From sequence record PQ015379.1: a stretch of DNA of 64,000 bases, one strand, 5' to 3'. Every line of letters starts with the position of its first letter. Within the stretch, counting starts at the first letter, position 1. Of the stretch, positions 53,627 through 63,574 are shown in pieces. The notes beneath the pieces were generated by a model, which saw only the letters and a program-made list of their open reading frames with translations, was not told the origin of the DNA and did not search any database. The position numbers and the translations under genes were made by a program.

Positions 53627-53885
53627 TCTCGAAGCCGTCCAAAAACGTGTCAACCAAGTGATCGAACAGCACTTCAACATGGCCGCCGGTTGCCGCCCTG
53701 CCTCGGTTGAAAACCACTCCGATATTTTCGCCGATTTGGGCGGTGATTCGCTCGACATGATCGAAATCGTCATGAGCCTCGAAGAGGAATTCGAAACCGA
53801 AATCGACGACGATCCGGCGATGCTGTGGCGCAAACCTGAAGACGCCGCGAAGTACATTCACGATCGCCTGTACGGTTCCAACTGA
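53613..53885 (+). CDS. acyl carrier protein
   Basis: DLGGDSLDMIEIVMSLEEEFETEIDDD. Confidence 0.9.
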   Translation: MTRVNLEAVQKRVNQVIEQHFNMAAGCRPASVENHSDIFADLGGDSLDMIEIVMSLEEEFETEIDDDPAMLWRKPEDAAKYIHDRLYGSN

Positions 53886-54151
53886 TGAACTGGCGCCAAC
53901 TACTGGACCGGTACAAGTGGGGCGTGTGCCGTCTGTGGTTCATCACGTTGGCGCCCCTAGTTCTGCATTTCTTCACCGGTCAATTTAAAGGTTTTGTGTT
54001 TGAATCGCGGGTCGCTGGTTTCTTCGCGTTGGCTTTCGTGTTGACTGCCACCATCGTACCGATTAGCTACCTACACCTCTACCTATTGGAAAAACGAGAA
54101 AAACGCCATGAACAGCAAAGACGATCTGGAAAGCATCCTCGGCACTCCTGA
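53885..54151 (+). CDS. two-TM membrane protein
   Basis: TGATG overlap; hydrophobic. Confidence 0.7.
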   Translation: MNWRQLLDRYKWGVCRLWFITLAPLVLHFFTGQFKGFVFESRVAGFFALAFVLTATIVPISYLHLYLLEKREKRHEQQRRSGKHPRHS

Positions 54152-54650
54152 AGAGTACGCGGCTGCGCAAGCGGAATACAAAAAGGAAAAAGAGGAAACC
54201 CGTCAACGCATCATCGGCAAATTGCACAAGCGTTGTGCGGAACGCGAAGAGGAATTCCGCAAAGATTTCGAAGCGAGCCTGCCTTTCAAAGACTGGCGGC
54301 GCGACACCACCGGCACCTACGAACCGATGCCGGTGCAGTTCATGTGGGAAGGCTACTTGCTGCGCTGCAAAGAGTTGCCATCGTTTGAATTCTTGGGGGC
54401 CGAAATTCGTCTTCCATCCGACCCGGCCAAGCGCTATCACGCCATCGACGAATTGTCGTGCGTGTTTGGTTCTTACGTGACGCAAATGTTCAGCGTGTGG
54501 GCCGAAGGTTCCGGGCGCCGGGTGAACGTAGCGTCGGATGTGGAGCGTATGTGCCTGATCGCCTACGCAACGATGGACGAAGCCGATTATCACCAGTTCG
54601 CGTTCCGTCTGGTGAATCAGAATTTCCGACTCAAGGCCCTTTTTAAATGA
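54108..54650 (+). CDS. hypothetical protein
   Basis: 180-aa ORF. Confidence 0.75.
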   Translation: MNSKDDLESILGTPEEYAAAQAEYKKEKEETRQRIIGKLHKRCAEREEEFRKDFEASLPFKDWRRDTTGTYEPMPVQFMWEGYLLRCKELPSFEFLGAEIRLPSDPAKRYHAIDELSCVFGSYVTQMFSVWAEGSGRRVNVASDVERMCLIAYATMDEADYHQFAFRLVNQNFRLKALFK

Positions 54651-55435
54651 GCACCGATCCAAATAGCCGTTTTGCCCGTACCGAATTCGAACAACACGAC
54701 CTGCACAATTTCGAGGTCGTGAATTTCCGCGAAGCCGAGAAATCCGGCGACGAAGGCCGTGTGTGGTTCAACCACATTTTGCTCGAAAGCATGACCCCGG
54801 CGACCGTGCAGCGCCTTGCCAGTCTGGAAGGTTTCAACGGCAGCCAACTGCACGTGTGTTGCTACATCAACGAACATCAAGTGGTGCACACGGATCTGGC
54901 AAAACTGGTTTCGTATTTCGCGCACAACCTGTTTGAACAGAAACTGCGCCGCGCACATTTCGACGACTTCGAAAAAGCTGTAAAAACCACGGCACAGGGT
55001 CTGGTGGATCGGCGGAACGAAGAGGTTACGGATATGCTGCATCAGCTGGGCGACCAACTGCGCAACCTGACCGATCAGACGACCGGCGTTGTGCAGCGCG
55101 AATGGGACCGCCCGTATCGCCACCAAGTGACGCCGGAAATGGTGAAGGCTGGCGTGAATGCGCTGTCGCGTTTCTTCGATCTTGAACCCGATGTGGATTT
55201 CGCGGGTAACGTGACGGAAGAAAAGCCTGAAGCCTTCGGCAAAAACGCGGTCGAAGCCATCTGGCGTGCGATGGACGTTGCCCGTTCTGATCAGCCGGTC
55301 TACAAAATCAAGCTGCCTGCTGCCCACAATCCAGACATTGCCAAAAACCTGAATGTTTCGCGCCGTATTTTCATGGACGAAATCAAGGAAAGTCTGCGCC
55401 AGCAAGGTCTGGTGTTTGAAGAGGAAAAACAATGA
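54647..55435 (+). CDS. hypothetical protein
   Basis: ATGA overlap. Confidence 0.8.
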   Translation: MSTDPNSRFARTEFEQHDLHNFEVVNFREAEKSGDEGRVWFNHILLESMTPATVQRLASLEGFNGSQLHVCCYINEHQVVHTDLAKLVSYFAHNLFEQKLRRAHFDDFEKAVKTTAQGLVDRRNEEVTDMLHQLGDQLRNLTDQTTGVVQREWDRPYRHQVTPEMVKAGVNALSRFFDLEPDVDFAGNVTEEKPEAFGKNAVEAIWRAMDVARSDQPVYKIKLPAAHNPDIAKNLNVSRRIFMDEIKESLRQQGLVFEEEKQ

Positions 55436-55674
55436 ACCTGCAAGAACTGAAGGACGCGATTCGCCAAGAACCTTTGTACGTGGCAGCCATCGACAAAATC
55501 AAGCGTGAGGCGTTCAAACCCGACGGTGCAAGCTACGTGGATTTCACGGAACAGGAATTGCCGGATTCCGTGTGGGAACGTCTCAAAGAAGACGGCTACA
55601 CCATGGACTACAACAAACACCTCGACCCGTGCTACCGCGTGAGCGGCTGGGCGGGCAACGCACCGAGCATCTGA
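55432..55674 (+). CDS. small hypothetical protein
   Basis: ATGA overlap. Confidence 0.75.
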   Translation: MNLQELKDAIRQEPLYVAAIDKIKREAFKPDGASYVDFTEQELPDSVWERLKEDGYTMDYNKHLDPCYRVSGWAGNAPSI

Positions 55675-55675
55675 C

Positions 55676-55999
55676 ATGGCCAAAGACACGATCATTATTC
55701 GCAACACCATCGAGTACAAAAAGTACGACTACGCTGAATTGGTTCAGGAAGTCGGAAAAGAACTGACCTCCGAATTGTGCTTCGAAGACCGCATGTGCAT
55801 TGCCTATGCCTTGTTCGATACCGGGTTCGCCCCTGCGTGGTCCACGAACTTTGCCGACGAACTCATTGCCGGTTATGGCGAAGATACCTACGGGTTCAAA
55901 TACGAACTTCTGGTGATTCGTGAAGAGGCCGACAAGTGGGGCATTGTCCCTTGGGCCGAGGTAAAAGAAATGATCGCACACAAGGAACGGAATCAATGA
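55676..55999 (+). CDS. acidic hypothetical protein
   Basis: Packed ORF. Confidence 0.75.
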   Translation: MAKDTIIIRNTIEYKKYDYAELVQEVGKELTSELCFEDRMCIAYALFDTGFAPAWSTNFADELIAGYGEDTYGFKYELLVIREEADKWGIVPWAEVKEMIAHKERNQ

Positions 56000-57087
56000 T
56001 CTATTTGTACTTCGCGGTGGCTTTCGCCGCCCTGTGTTTCTGGCAATTCCGTCTCAAAGATTGGAGCGCCACCGGGATTGCAGCCATCGTCGGTTTCGTG
56101 GCGGTCCTTGCCTGCTACTACGTGCCACTTTACTGGACTGCATCCGACGAAGAAATTCTAAGCGGATCGGTCATGAAAAAAGAACGTGTTTACGATCCGT
56201 ATACGGAAACGTACACGTGCGGCACCGACTCGCACGGTAATCCGAAAACCTGCACGCGGTTGGTCGATCAGTGGCGCTGGGATGTGATCAGCGATTATGG
56301 TGATTCGTTCAGCGAACACACGTCGCAAAAAGTTCGCGCCCCGGCCATCTACGCCGCTACGCAACTCGGTGATCCGTACGCCAGCACAAAGAAGTTCATG
56401 AATTACCAAAACGTGAGCGAACAATCGGTAATGATTGACCGCGAATCGGCCAAGGAATACCGGGGCTGGGTGCCTGAGTATCCGCACATTTACGCCGGGT
56501 TCAAAGTCAGTCGCGGTTTCTCGAACACGCCGTTCATGGATCAGCGCGGTCTGTCTCATTTCCTGTCGGTGGCGCAAAAGCGCTGGGGACCAATGCACGG
56601 GGTAAACGTTTCGGTCGTTGTGTTAGATCACCGCACCGATTGGAACGGCTTCACCAATGCGCTGGCCAGCAAGTGGAAAGGCGGCAAGAAAAACGACGCT
56701 GTGCTGGTACTCGGTCTGGATGAAAAGGGCGCCACGATTCACGCATGGGCCTTCAGCCGTTCCGCCGATGAAAAGACCGATGAACGCGGGCGCAATTTCA
56801 CCAAAGCACTGTACGAAAACGCACACGATGCGTTGATGGAAAAACGTGGCCCTATCGATGTGAATACCATCATCGATTCCATCGACAAATCGCTGGTGCT
56901 GTTCCAGCGTGAAGACCTTGGCCGTTACGACTTCCTCAAGGATGAATACGTGCCCGGTTGGCCTGCGATGATTCTGTCGTTTATCATCATCTGCGCCATC
57001 GTTTCAATAACTGTAAAACAATCTTGTGACTACCTCGACCGGAATGGCGGCTATCGTCGCATGTACCGCCGTCGTGGCCTCATGTAA
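55996..57087 (+). CDS. membrane protein with a periplasmic TPM-like alpha/beta domain
   Basis: 2 N-terminal TM, 1 C-terminal TM; WKGGKKNDAVLVLG.D. Confidence 0.7.
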   Translation: MIYLYFAVAFAALCFWQFRLKDWSATGIAAIVGFVAVLACYYVPLYWTASDEEILSGSVMKKERVYDPYTETYTCGTDSHGNPKTCTRLVDQWRWDVISDYGDSFSEHTSQKVRAPAIYAATQLGDPYASTKKFMNYQNVSEQSVMIDRESAKEYRGWVPEYPHIYAGFKVSRGFSNTPFMDQRGLSHFLSVAQKRWGPMHGVNVSVVVLDHRTDWNGFTNALASKWKGGKKNDAVLVLGLDEKGATIHAWAFSRSADEKTDERGRNFTKALYENAHDALMEKRGPIDVNTIIDSIDKSLVLFQREDLGRYDFLKDEYVPGWPAMILSFIIICAIVSITVKQSCDYLDRNGGYRRMYRRRGLM

Positions 57088-57118
57088 CAACCCTCAAAAC
57101 TGAAAAGGAATCACCTTA

Positions 57119-57730
57119 GTGAAAGTAGCGAACACCAATATCTCCAACCTGTGGATTTTCATCGGTCTGGCGGTAATCATCGGTTTCTGGACCGCGAGCA
57201 TCAACAACACGCTGGTAACGCAGGAAGAGGGCATCGTCGGCGCCAACAAATCGCGCCAAGCCACGCTGTCGAACATCAGCCAGAAAATCAAGGAAGCCAT
57301 CGGCGTTCAGGATATGAACGTTGAGAACATCCGCAAAACGGTGAACGAACAAATCGCGACACGTGCCGGTGATGGTGGCCTGAAAGCGACCATGTTGTTC
57401 CTGCAAGAAAACAACATCGCCCCTTCGCAGGCGCTGGCGGAAAAAATCGTGAACCTGATCGATCAGGGGCGCGAGAAATTCCTGAAAGAAGAAAAGATGA
57501 TGCAGGATCGCAAAACTGTTTCCTGTACGTTCCGTGGTCGCTTCCCGAACAACATGGTGATCAACACCTTCGGCCTCGCTGATCTGAAAATCGGTTGCAA
57601 GGGCGGCCAAGACGACTACGCGCCGCTGATGAATGACCGTGCTGCCCGTTCGTTCGAAACTGGCCAAGATCAGGGCCTGTACGAACTGCCACAACGTGCG
57701 CCAGCTGCGGCACCTGCTGCCAAGCAATAA
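57119..57730 (+). CDS. LemA-like membrane-anchored helical protein
   Basis: TM then N.LV..EE.I......Q...SN...KIKE, and ..FP.N.V...FG near the end. Confidence 0.65.
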   Translation: MKVANTNISNLWIFIGLAVIIGFWTASINNTLVTQEEGIVGANKSRQATLSNISQKIKEAIGVQDMNVENIRKTVNEQIATRAGDGGLKATMLFLQENNIAPSQALAEKIVNLIDQGREKFLKEEKMMQDRKTVSCTFRGRFPNNMVINTFGLADLKIGCKGGQDDYAPLMNDRAARSFETGQDQGLYELPQRAPAAAPAAKQ

Positions 57731-57738
57731 CGAAAACC

Positions 57739-57764
57739 GGGGCGTGGCTAGGCTGCGCCCCTTT
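57739..57764 (+). terminator. putative terminator
   Basis: GGGGCGTGGC/GCTGCGCCCC stem plus TTT. Confidence 0.6.
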
Positions 57765-57789
57765 GGAGCCGGATATGGGCCATCGGAAT

Positions 57790-58053
57790 GTGACGACGAA
57801 ACGCCAAGGGTTGATCAAACTAACTGGCACCAAACCAGTTGAGTCTGACGCCGATTTTGTGGACGAAGATTTTGATTTCATCCGTACCATTATCAATCTG
57901 GTGCGGCGCTACCCCAAATCGAAAGCCGAGTTCATCCGCACGGAATTGAACCGCTACCATCCCGGCATCACCGACCGCCAAATTGCGAGGTGCTGCAAAT
58001 TCATCACTTCCCGCTGGTCCGCGCCTACCCTGCGCGAACTGGCTAAACGCTAA
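57790..58053 (+). CDS. hypothetical protein
   Basis: ORF between terminator and next gene. Confidence 0.55.
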   Translation: MTTKRQGLIKLTGTKPVESDADFVDEDFDFIRTIINLVRRYPKSKAEFIRTELNRYHPGITDRQIARCCKFITSRWSAPTLRELAKR

Positions 58054-58070
58054 GGTACAAGGAAAGTCGC

Positions 58071-58442
58071 ATGCAGGAAATGACGCCGCAACAAGTCAAA
58101 GAACTTTACGCAAAAGTTCGTGACGCCCGCGAGATTCACTGCTGCCCGTACTGCGGGGGCGGCAAGGTGAAAGAATATCGCCAGCACTCGCAGCATTGTT
58201 CCGGGCTGTGGAACACCAGTGTGCAGTTCGATTGCGGTGTGCAATTCGAATTTTCGCCGAACCTGATTCGCATCGAGCAGCGCTACATGTGCACCAAATC
58301 CCCCGATTGGAAAGCACGCCTCGCAAAAGTCGATAGCTTGCGTGCCAAATTGGTTGAGGTGGCCGTAGCCGAAGGCGCACATCCGGACGATGTGAAAAAA
58401 CTCAAAGAAAAACTGGAATACTGGAATCCACGTTATTTCTGA
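58071..58442 (+). CDS. zinc-binding hypothetical protein
   Basis: CCPYCGG...QHCSG.W...F.CG. Confidence 0.75.
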   Translation: MQEMTPQQVKELYAKVRDAREIHCCPYCGGGKVKEYRQHSQHCSGLWNTSVQFDCGVQFEFSPNLIRIEQRYMCTKSPDWKARLAKVDSLRAKLVEVAVAEGAHPDDVKKLKEKLEYWNPRYF

Positions 58443-58452
58443 GGAACTGAAA

Positions 58453-58638
58453 ATGCACGCTGGTGGATACGTTGAGTCGAAGTTGGAAGACTCGAAGAAA
58501 TACGGCGAACTGGCCGAACTGTCTTACGTGATGTTGCAGGAATTGGTGCGGCTGCAAAGGAGCGGCCTATACAAGCCCAGCACTGCCGTCAAACGCTGCC
58601 TTGAAAAAGCTGATCGTCTGGTGAATGGAGGTTTTTGA
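58453..58638 (+). CDS. small hypothetical protein
   Basis: GAGGA RBS. Confidence 0.65.
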   Translation: MHAGGYVESKLEDSKKYGELAELSYVMLQELVRLQRSGLYKPSTAVKRCLEKADRLVNGGF

Positions 58639-58901
58639 TGGACCCGGAAGAAAAGATTTGGAGCCGTAGCGCTTCGGTGCCGCTGCGTAGCCTGTCGTCA
58701 CACCACGCCAAGGACAACCGACGCGTAGTCAGTCACGTGGAATGTGCGTATAACTACGCGTTGCAACGGGCTGAAGCAACGGTCGCCAAGCTCGAACAGA
58801 AAACGGGTAAGCGTGCAGTTGATCGTCTGTACGAAACCCAATTTGTTCCGGTAAAAAATCACGTGAACCTGCGCGTGCGCATCACCTTCTATTTGGCTTG
58901 A
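58638..58901 (+). CDS. small hypothetical protein
   Basis: GGAGG RBS, TGATG overlap. Confidence 0.7.
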   Translation: MDPEEKIWSRSASVPLRSLSSHHAKDNRRVVSHVECAYNYALQRAEATVAKLEQKTGKRAVDRLYETQFVPVKNHVNLRVRITFYLA

Positions 58902-58917
58902 AGTTAAGGAACTAGAC

Positions 58918-59661
58918 ATGACCGAAGTACGTTTGGACTACGACGAAAAACTGCGCGAAATTATCTCGAAATGGGAAGATTCGCTGGACAGCAACCACGA
59001 CGATTATGAATCGGTCGATGGTGAGGAAGGCGACTTCGGTATCGTTCGCTACTACGGCCTCGATGTGGACGGCAACGCGAACGTCCACCTGATGACCAAA
59101 TACGTGCATGGCGGTGACAGCGAAGATTCATATTACACGCTGGCCGGGGCCGAAATGGTTCAGAAAATCATCCGCCAGAATTTCGAAGCCGCGTTGCGTA
59201 GGTCGCTAGAGGATTCGCTGGACCCCGGCACCAGCCGAGGCATGTTCCATGGCTGGCGTGCCGAAATGGAAAAGGCCGCACAACTGATGGATCAGCAGAA
59301 GCGCAAATTCGGCGGTGAATTGCACCTCGGTTACGAAGAACTGTTCCCGAAAGAAATCGAGGACGGCGCAATTTACCGCGTCGGTTACAAGCACTACGTG
59401 GCAAAGGTGCACCAGCCGAAACGCGAAGGCCATAAGGCCATGATGTTTTTCTACAACATCACCAACCCGAGCGAGCGTCTGTACATTGCGCTGAAAGCCC
59501 GGCCCGGCCACGATGAAAAACGCGGTATGTTTTACACGCACCCCGAAGTTTGGAGCCTCGCTTTCGGTCGTCGCGAAATTAAAAGCGTCGTGCTCGAACC
59601 AGACGCCCACGGCGATTGGCGCAAATCTTACAGCACACCAACCGTTTGGGATCTGCCATGA
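58918..59661 (+). CDS. hypothetical protein
   Basis: AAGGA RBS; acidic N-terminal half. Confidence 0.8.
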   Translation: MTEVRLDYDEKLREIISKWEDSLDSNHDDYESVDGEEGDFGIVRYYGLDVDGNANVHLMTKYVHGGDSEDSYYTLAGAEMVQKIIRQNFEAALRRSLEDSLDPGTSRGMFHGWRAEMEKAAQLMDQQKRKFGGELHLGYEELFPKEIEDGAIYRVGYKHYVAKVHQPKREGHKAMMFFYNITNPSERLYIALKARPGHDEKRGMFYTHPEVWSLAFGRREIKSVVLEPDAHGDWRKSYSTPTVWDLP

Positions 59662-59990
59662 AAGAATTGATCATTGCTCTTTGGGTTGTGTTCCCTGCGA
59701 TCTTCATATTTTTGGTGCTGTGGGCCTTGCACGATCCTACTGTAAAGAAAGAGTGGGGACGTATTGTGGCCATCACGTACACCCTGACGCTGTTCGTCGC
59801 AATCTATGCTGGTATCTACCCGAACATTCAGCAAAAGATCGAAGACTATTTCGCGCCGCCTGAACCTGAACCTGTTGCCTCGGCATCACATGTGCCCCGT
59901 GCGCTTCGTTCGCAAACCGTTCCGCGTGGCGCCCACAATCAATGGATAGGCCGCAACCCTTCCAACATTTACGAGAGTCGTGGTCAATGA
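59658..59990 (+). CDS. two-TM membrane protein
   Basis: ATGA overlap. Confidence 0.7.
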   Translation: MKELIIALWVVFPAIFIFLVLWALHDPTVKKEWGRIVAITYTLTLFVAIYAGIYPNIQQKIEDYFAPPEPEPVASASHVPRALRSQTVPRGAHNQWIGRNPSNIYESRGQ

Positions 59991-60448
59991 TCGAATATAT
60001 CAAAAGCATTCCACGTAAAGCATGGTGGCTGATAGGTTGGTCGGCCCTGTACGCGATGATCGCGCTGGGTTACATGATTTACGAAATCCAGACCGATGTT
60101 TTCTTCACCGACAAATCGCAATTCCGTGGCGTGCTGATGCTGGTGCAAATGCCATGGTTAATCATCATGGGTGCCCCGTTGTGGCCCGGCACCCGGTTGA
60201 ATCGCTGGGTGTTTGCTTCGAAGAAAGAACATCCGTACCACGTGATCATCGAACAGAGCCGACAGATGTACGTGATTGGCATTATCGGGACCAGCGTAAC
60301 GTTGTCCTCCGGATACAAGGACGCCATTCGCTACAGAACGTCGCAGGAAGCTAATTCCGTACGGGACATGCTGCAAACCAATGCGGGGCCGGGGCAACAA
60401 TACGCGGTTGAAGTTGTGTTCCGAATTACTGCGAGAAAACCAGAATGA
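59987..60448 (+). CDS. two-TM membrane protein
   Basis: ATGA overlap. Confidence 0.7.
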   Translation: MIEYIKSIPRKAWWLIGWSALYAMIALGYMIYEIQTDVFFTDKSQFRGVLMLVQMPWLIIMGAPLWPGTRLNRWVFASKKEHPYHVIIEQSRQMYVIGIIGTSVTLSSGYKDAIRYRTSQEANSVRDMLQTNAGPGQQYAVEVVFRITARKPE

Positions 60449-61262
60449 AATACGAAATCTACCAAGTCTCCAAACAAGGCCTGACCTTCGAAATCGGCGT
60501 CATGCACTCCGACGCGCTCACGCATGCCGACGTGGCCGAGCACATGAAAGTCTGCATTTCCGCAACCTACGATGCGACGTTCGGCAGTGTCGATGTGGTG
60601 GGCGCCGGGTTCTGTTCCGAAGGCCTGCCGATCAAGTGCTGGGGCCATTCGGATTCGCTGAATCTTTCGAGCCGTGGCGATGCAGACGAAATGGCGCTGG
60701 CCAGTTCCACGCTGCATTTCAACAACGTGAAGGTTTCCGCATTCGACCGCATCAGCAGCGTGGCGGGCAACCTGTCGCAAACCTGCGGCCTCGACATTCG
60801 CAAAATGCGTGAACAGATTTTCGTTGTTGGCCACCAGTTCAGCGCCTACGATATCGCAACCGAAGACTACGCCGATTTCGAAGAAGGCATGCTGCTGCGC
60901 TACAAGGGGCCGGGCCTCGATGCAGACGGTGATGTAATTCACATGTTTGCTGTCGATTCCGGGTCGAAATACTACGCCGATTTCGACGGTGTTTACTGCG
61001 TGACCGAAAAGGACATGCGTTGCATTTTCGAGGATAGCGAAATCGTGCGGCGCTTAGCACGCGTGCAGTCGGGCGTGGTGCTGTTCGGCCCGGACAAAAC
61101 GCCGCAAGTCGTGACCATCGACGGCATTGTCGATCCGTGGCCACTGACTGACAACCACGAAGAATTCCGCGCCATCTATTCGTTCCTCGGTCAAGAACAG
61201 AAGCTGACGACCGAAGGTTCGCTGCGCGCCATTCTCGAATTCTTCCACATCGAAATGGACTG

Positions 61263-61263
<1 letters not shown>
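60445..61263 (+). CDS. hypothetical protein with a conserved phage N-terminal domain
   Basis: H..VA...VVGAGF....C.G.SDSLNL.SR..D motif. Confidence 0.8.
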
Positions 61264-61766
<503 letters not shown>

Positions 61767-61767
<1 letters not shown>

Positions 61768-62570
61768 TGCAATTTCAAAACAGTCCGTTGACCGACGAAG
61801 AAAAAGCGTTGGTTTTCATCAAGGTTGAACAGCTGGGGTTGCGCCCGGTACTGATCAGTGAAACCGGCAGCATGGCATGGGGCACCAACACCCCGGAATC
61901 TGATCATGATTTCACGGTTGTTGCGCACGACGTGGATTACAACTATTTCCGTTGGCCACGTGATTCGTTCAGCGAGCAAATGCCCTTCGGTTCCGCCATC
62001 TGCGACGTGCGCTATTTCTCGGTGCACAAATTCCTGCGCAAGCTGGCCCGTTCGGAACTGGTGGCGTACGAATCGATCTACACGCCGCACGTTTATTTCG
62101 GTGAAGAAAGCAAAGAGCTTCGCCTGTATCGCTCGGTGATCGACCGCTGCTTCGACCCGCGTGAAATGTACCGTTCCGTTATCGGTTCGCTGCAATCGGT
62201 GAAGCACGTCGATCCGAAGAAAAAACGCCGCCAGCAATTCCGTTACATGTTCGTCGGCTTGCAACTGATCGACTACATCCAAACCGGCGTCAAGCCCGTG
62301 GTGAACATCGAACAGTATCGCGAACTTGCGGCCCCCAAACCCTACGCCCCGATGATCGAACAGCTTTACGCGTGGGCCATGGAACCCGACCAAACGGAAC
62401 TCGACAACGAACTTTCGTACGGCGTCAAAACCACGCTGATGGAATTCACGTATCCGAAGCTGGTTGATTTCAAACAAAACGAGCACACCGAATTTTTGAG
62501 CTACGTGCTCGGTCGCCTGATGGGCAAAGCCACCAACTGGCGCGAACAGCTTGAGGACCACGGCGAATGA
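61767..62570 (+). CDS. DNA polymerase beta superfamily nucleotidyltransferase (YcgL/RlaP-like)
   Basis: ETGSMAWGTNTPESDHDF (GS...DxD), D.RYF...KFLRKL. Confidence 0.85.
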
Positions 62571-62842
62571 ACAAACACGAACACGGATACCACGGGCGTT
62601 CCCTTTCGGTGGCCATGCTGATGCGTCGGGCCAAAGCGTTGTCGCGGGCACCCGGCGATTACATTTGGGATCAGCTGAATGCGCGTTTCGTGCGTGCGCA
62701 CCATCGTTGGAAAACCCGCTACGAACGCCAGCGCCAGCATGCAATCCATCTGGAACAACTACTGGCCGAAAAGAACGCCCACATCAGGGAACTGCAAAAT
62801 GAATTGCGCGAACATCGAGCACCCCAGTTTTACGCTGAATAG
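62567..62842 (+). CDS. basic coiled-coil hypothetical protein
   Basis: ATGA overlap. Confidence 0.65.
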   Translation: MNKHEHGYHGRSLSVAMLMRRAKALSRAPGDYIWDQLNARFVRAHHRWKTRYERQRQHAIHLEQLLAEKNAHIRELQNELREHRAPQFYAE

Positions 62843-63254
62843 TGCACAGTGGGAACGGCTGGAATTATTTCTGACCAGCGAACCCGGTTGGGATGGCGGT
62901 AATGCCAAAGGTGCACCGACCCCGGCGACGGTGGCCGAAGCACTTCAGGTTCTGAAATTCTTGCGCATGCACGGAATCAAAACGCCGTGCATGTTCATGG
63001 GCAGCTGTGGCGAAATTGAAATCGCACACATTTCGAAAGACCGGCAGACCTATCTGAATATCGAGTGCACGGGTGAAGGCCAGTTCATGATCGGTTGGTT
63101 TGACAACGCACACGAAACGGCGTTCTTCATTCACAACCTGACGGAAATGCCTGAACCATTTATTCAGGCAATGCGGAAAGTGGAGGAAATGGAGTATGGC
63201 CCGACAGACGAAATTGGAAACTGGTCAAATCGAAGCGAAGATTCGCCGCGCTGA
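62799..63254 (+). CDS. hypothetical protein
   Basis: L..L...EPGWDG..A..P motif common in phage proteins. Confidence 0.65.
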   Translation: MNCANIEHPSFTLNSAQWERLELFLTSEPGWDGGNAKGAPTPATVAEALQVLKFLRMHGIKTPCMFMGSCGEIEIAHISKDRQTYLNIECTGEGQFMIGWFDNAHETAFFIHNLTEMPEPFIQAMRKVEEMEYGPTDEIGNWSNRSEDSPR

Positions 63255-63468
63255 ACAGCAGGCAATCAAACGCGGGTTCATCACGAAGGTGAACGAAATC
63301 GAATACGGTTGGACCCTCGCCGTCTGGTTCAATGGCAAGCAAAAGGCAATGATCGAACTGGCCAAAGCAGGCAATGCCGTATGCCGCTTCTACGACTCGA
63401 AAGGGGCCACCGTACGCGTGACGACCGACATGCCCGAGGCCGCTGTAAGGCAGTGCTATGCCCGCTAG
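63196..63468 (+). CDS. hypothetical protein
   Basis: GGAGG upstream. Confidence 0.65.
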   Translation: MARQTKLETGQIEAKIRRAEQQAIKRGFITKVNEIEYGWTLAVWFNGKQKAMIELAKAGNAVCRFYDSKGATVRVTTDMPEAAVRQCYAR

Positions 63469-63484
63469 GCCGGGGCCTGCAACC

Positions 63485-63514
63485 TTGACACGGCAACCCG
63501 ACGAATGGTAGTGT
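63485..63514 (+). promoter_or_regulatory. sigma70-type promoter P7
   Basis: TTGACA-18 nt-TAGTGT with extended TG. Confidence 0.75.
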
Positions 63515-63547
63515 GGCGGCTTGGCCATTCTGTGGCCGAAGCCTTCG

Positions 63548-63570
63548 CACTCACACAATTGAGGAAGTTT
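63548..63570 (+). promoter_or_regulatory. leader box (copy 7)
   Basis: CACTCACACAATTGAGGAAGTTT after the GGCTTGGCCA/TGGCCGAAGCC hairpin. Confidence 0.85.
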
Positions 63571-63574
63571 AGGA

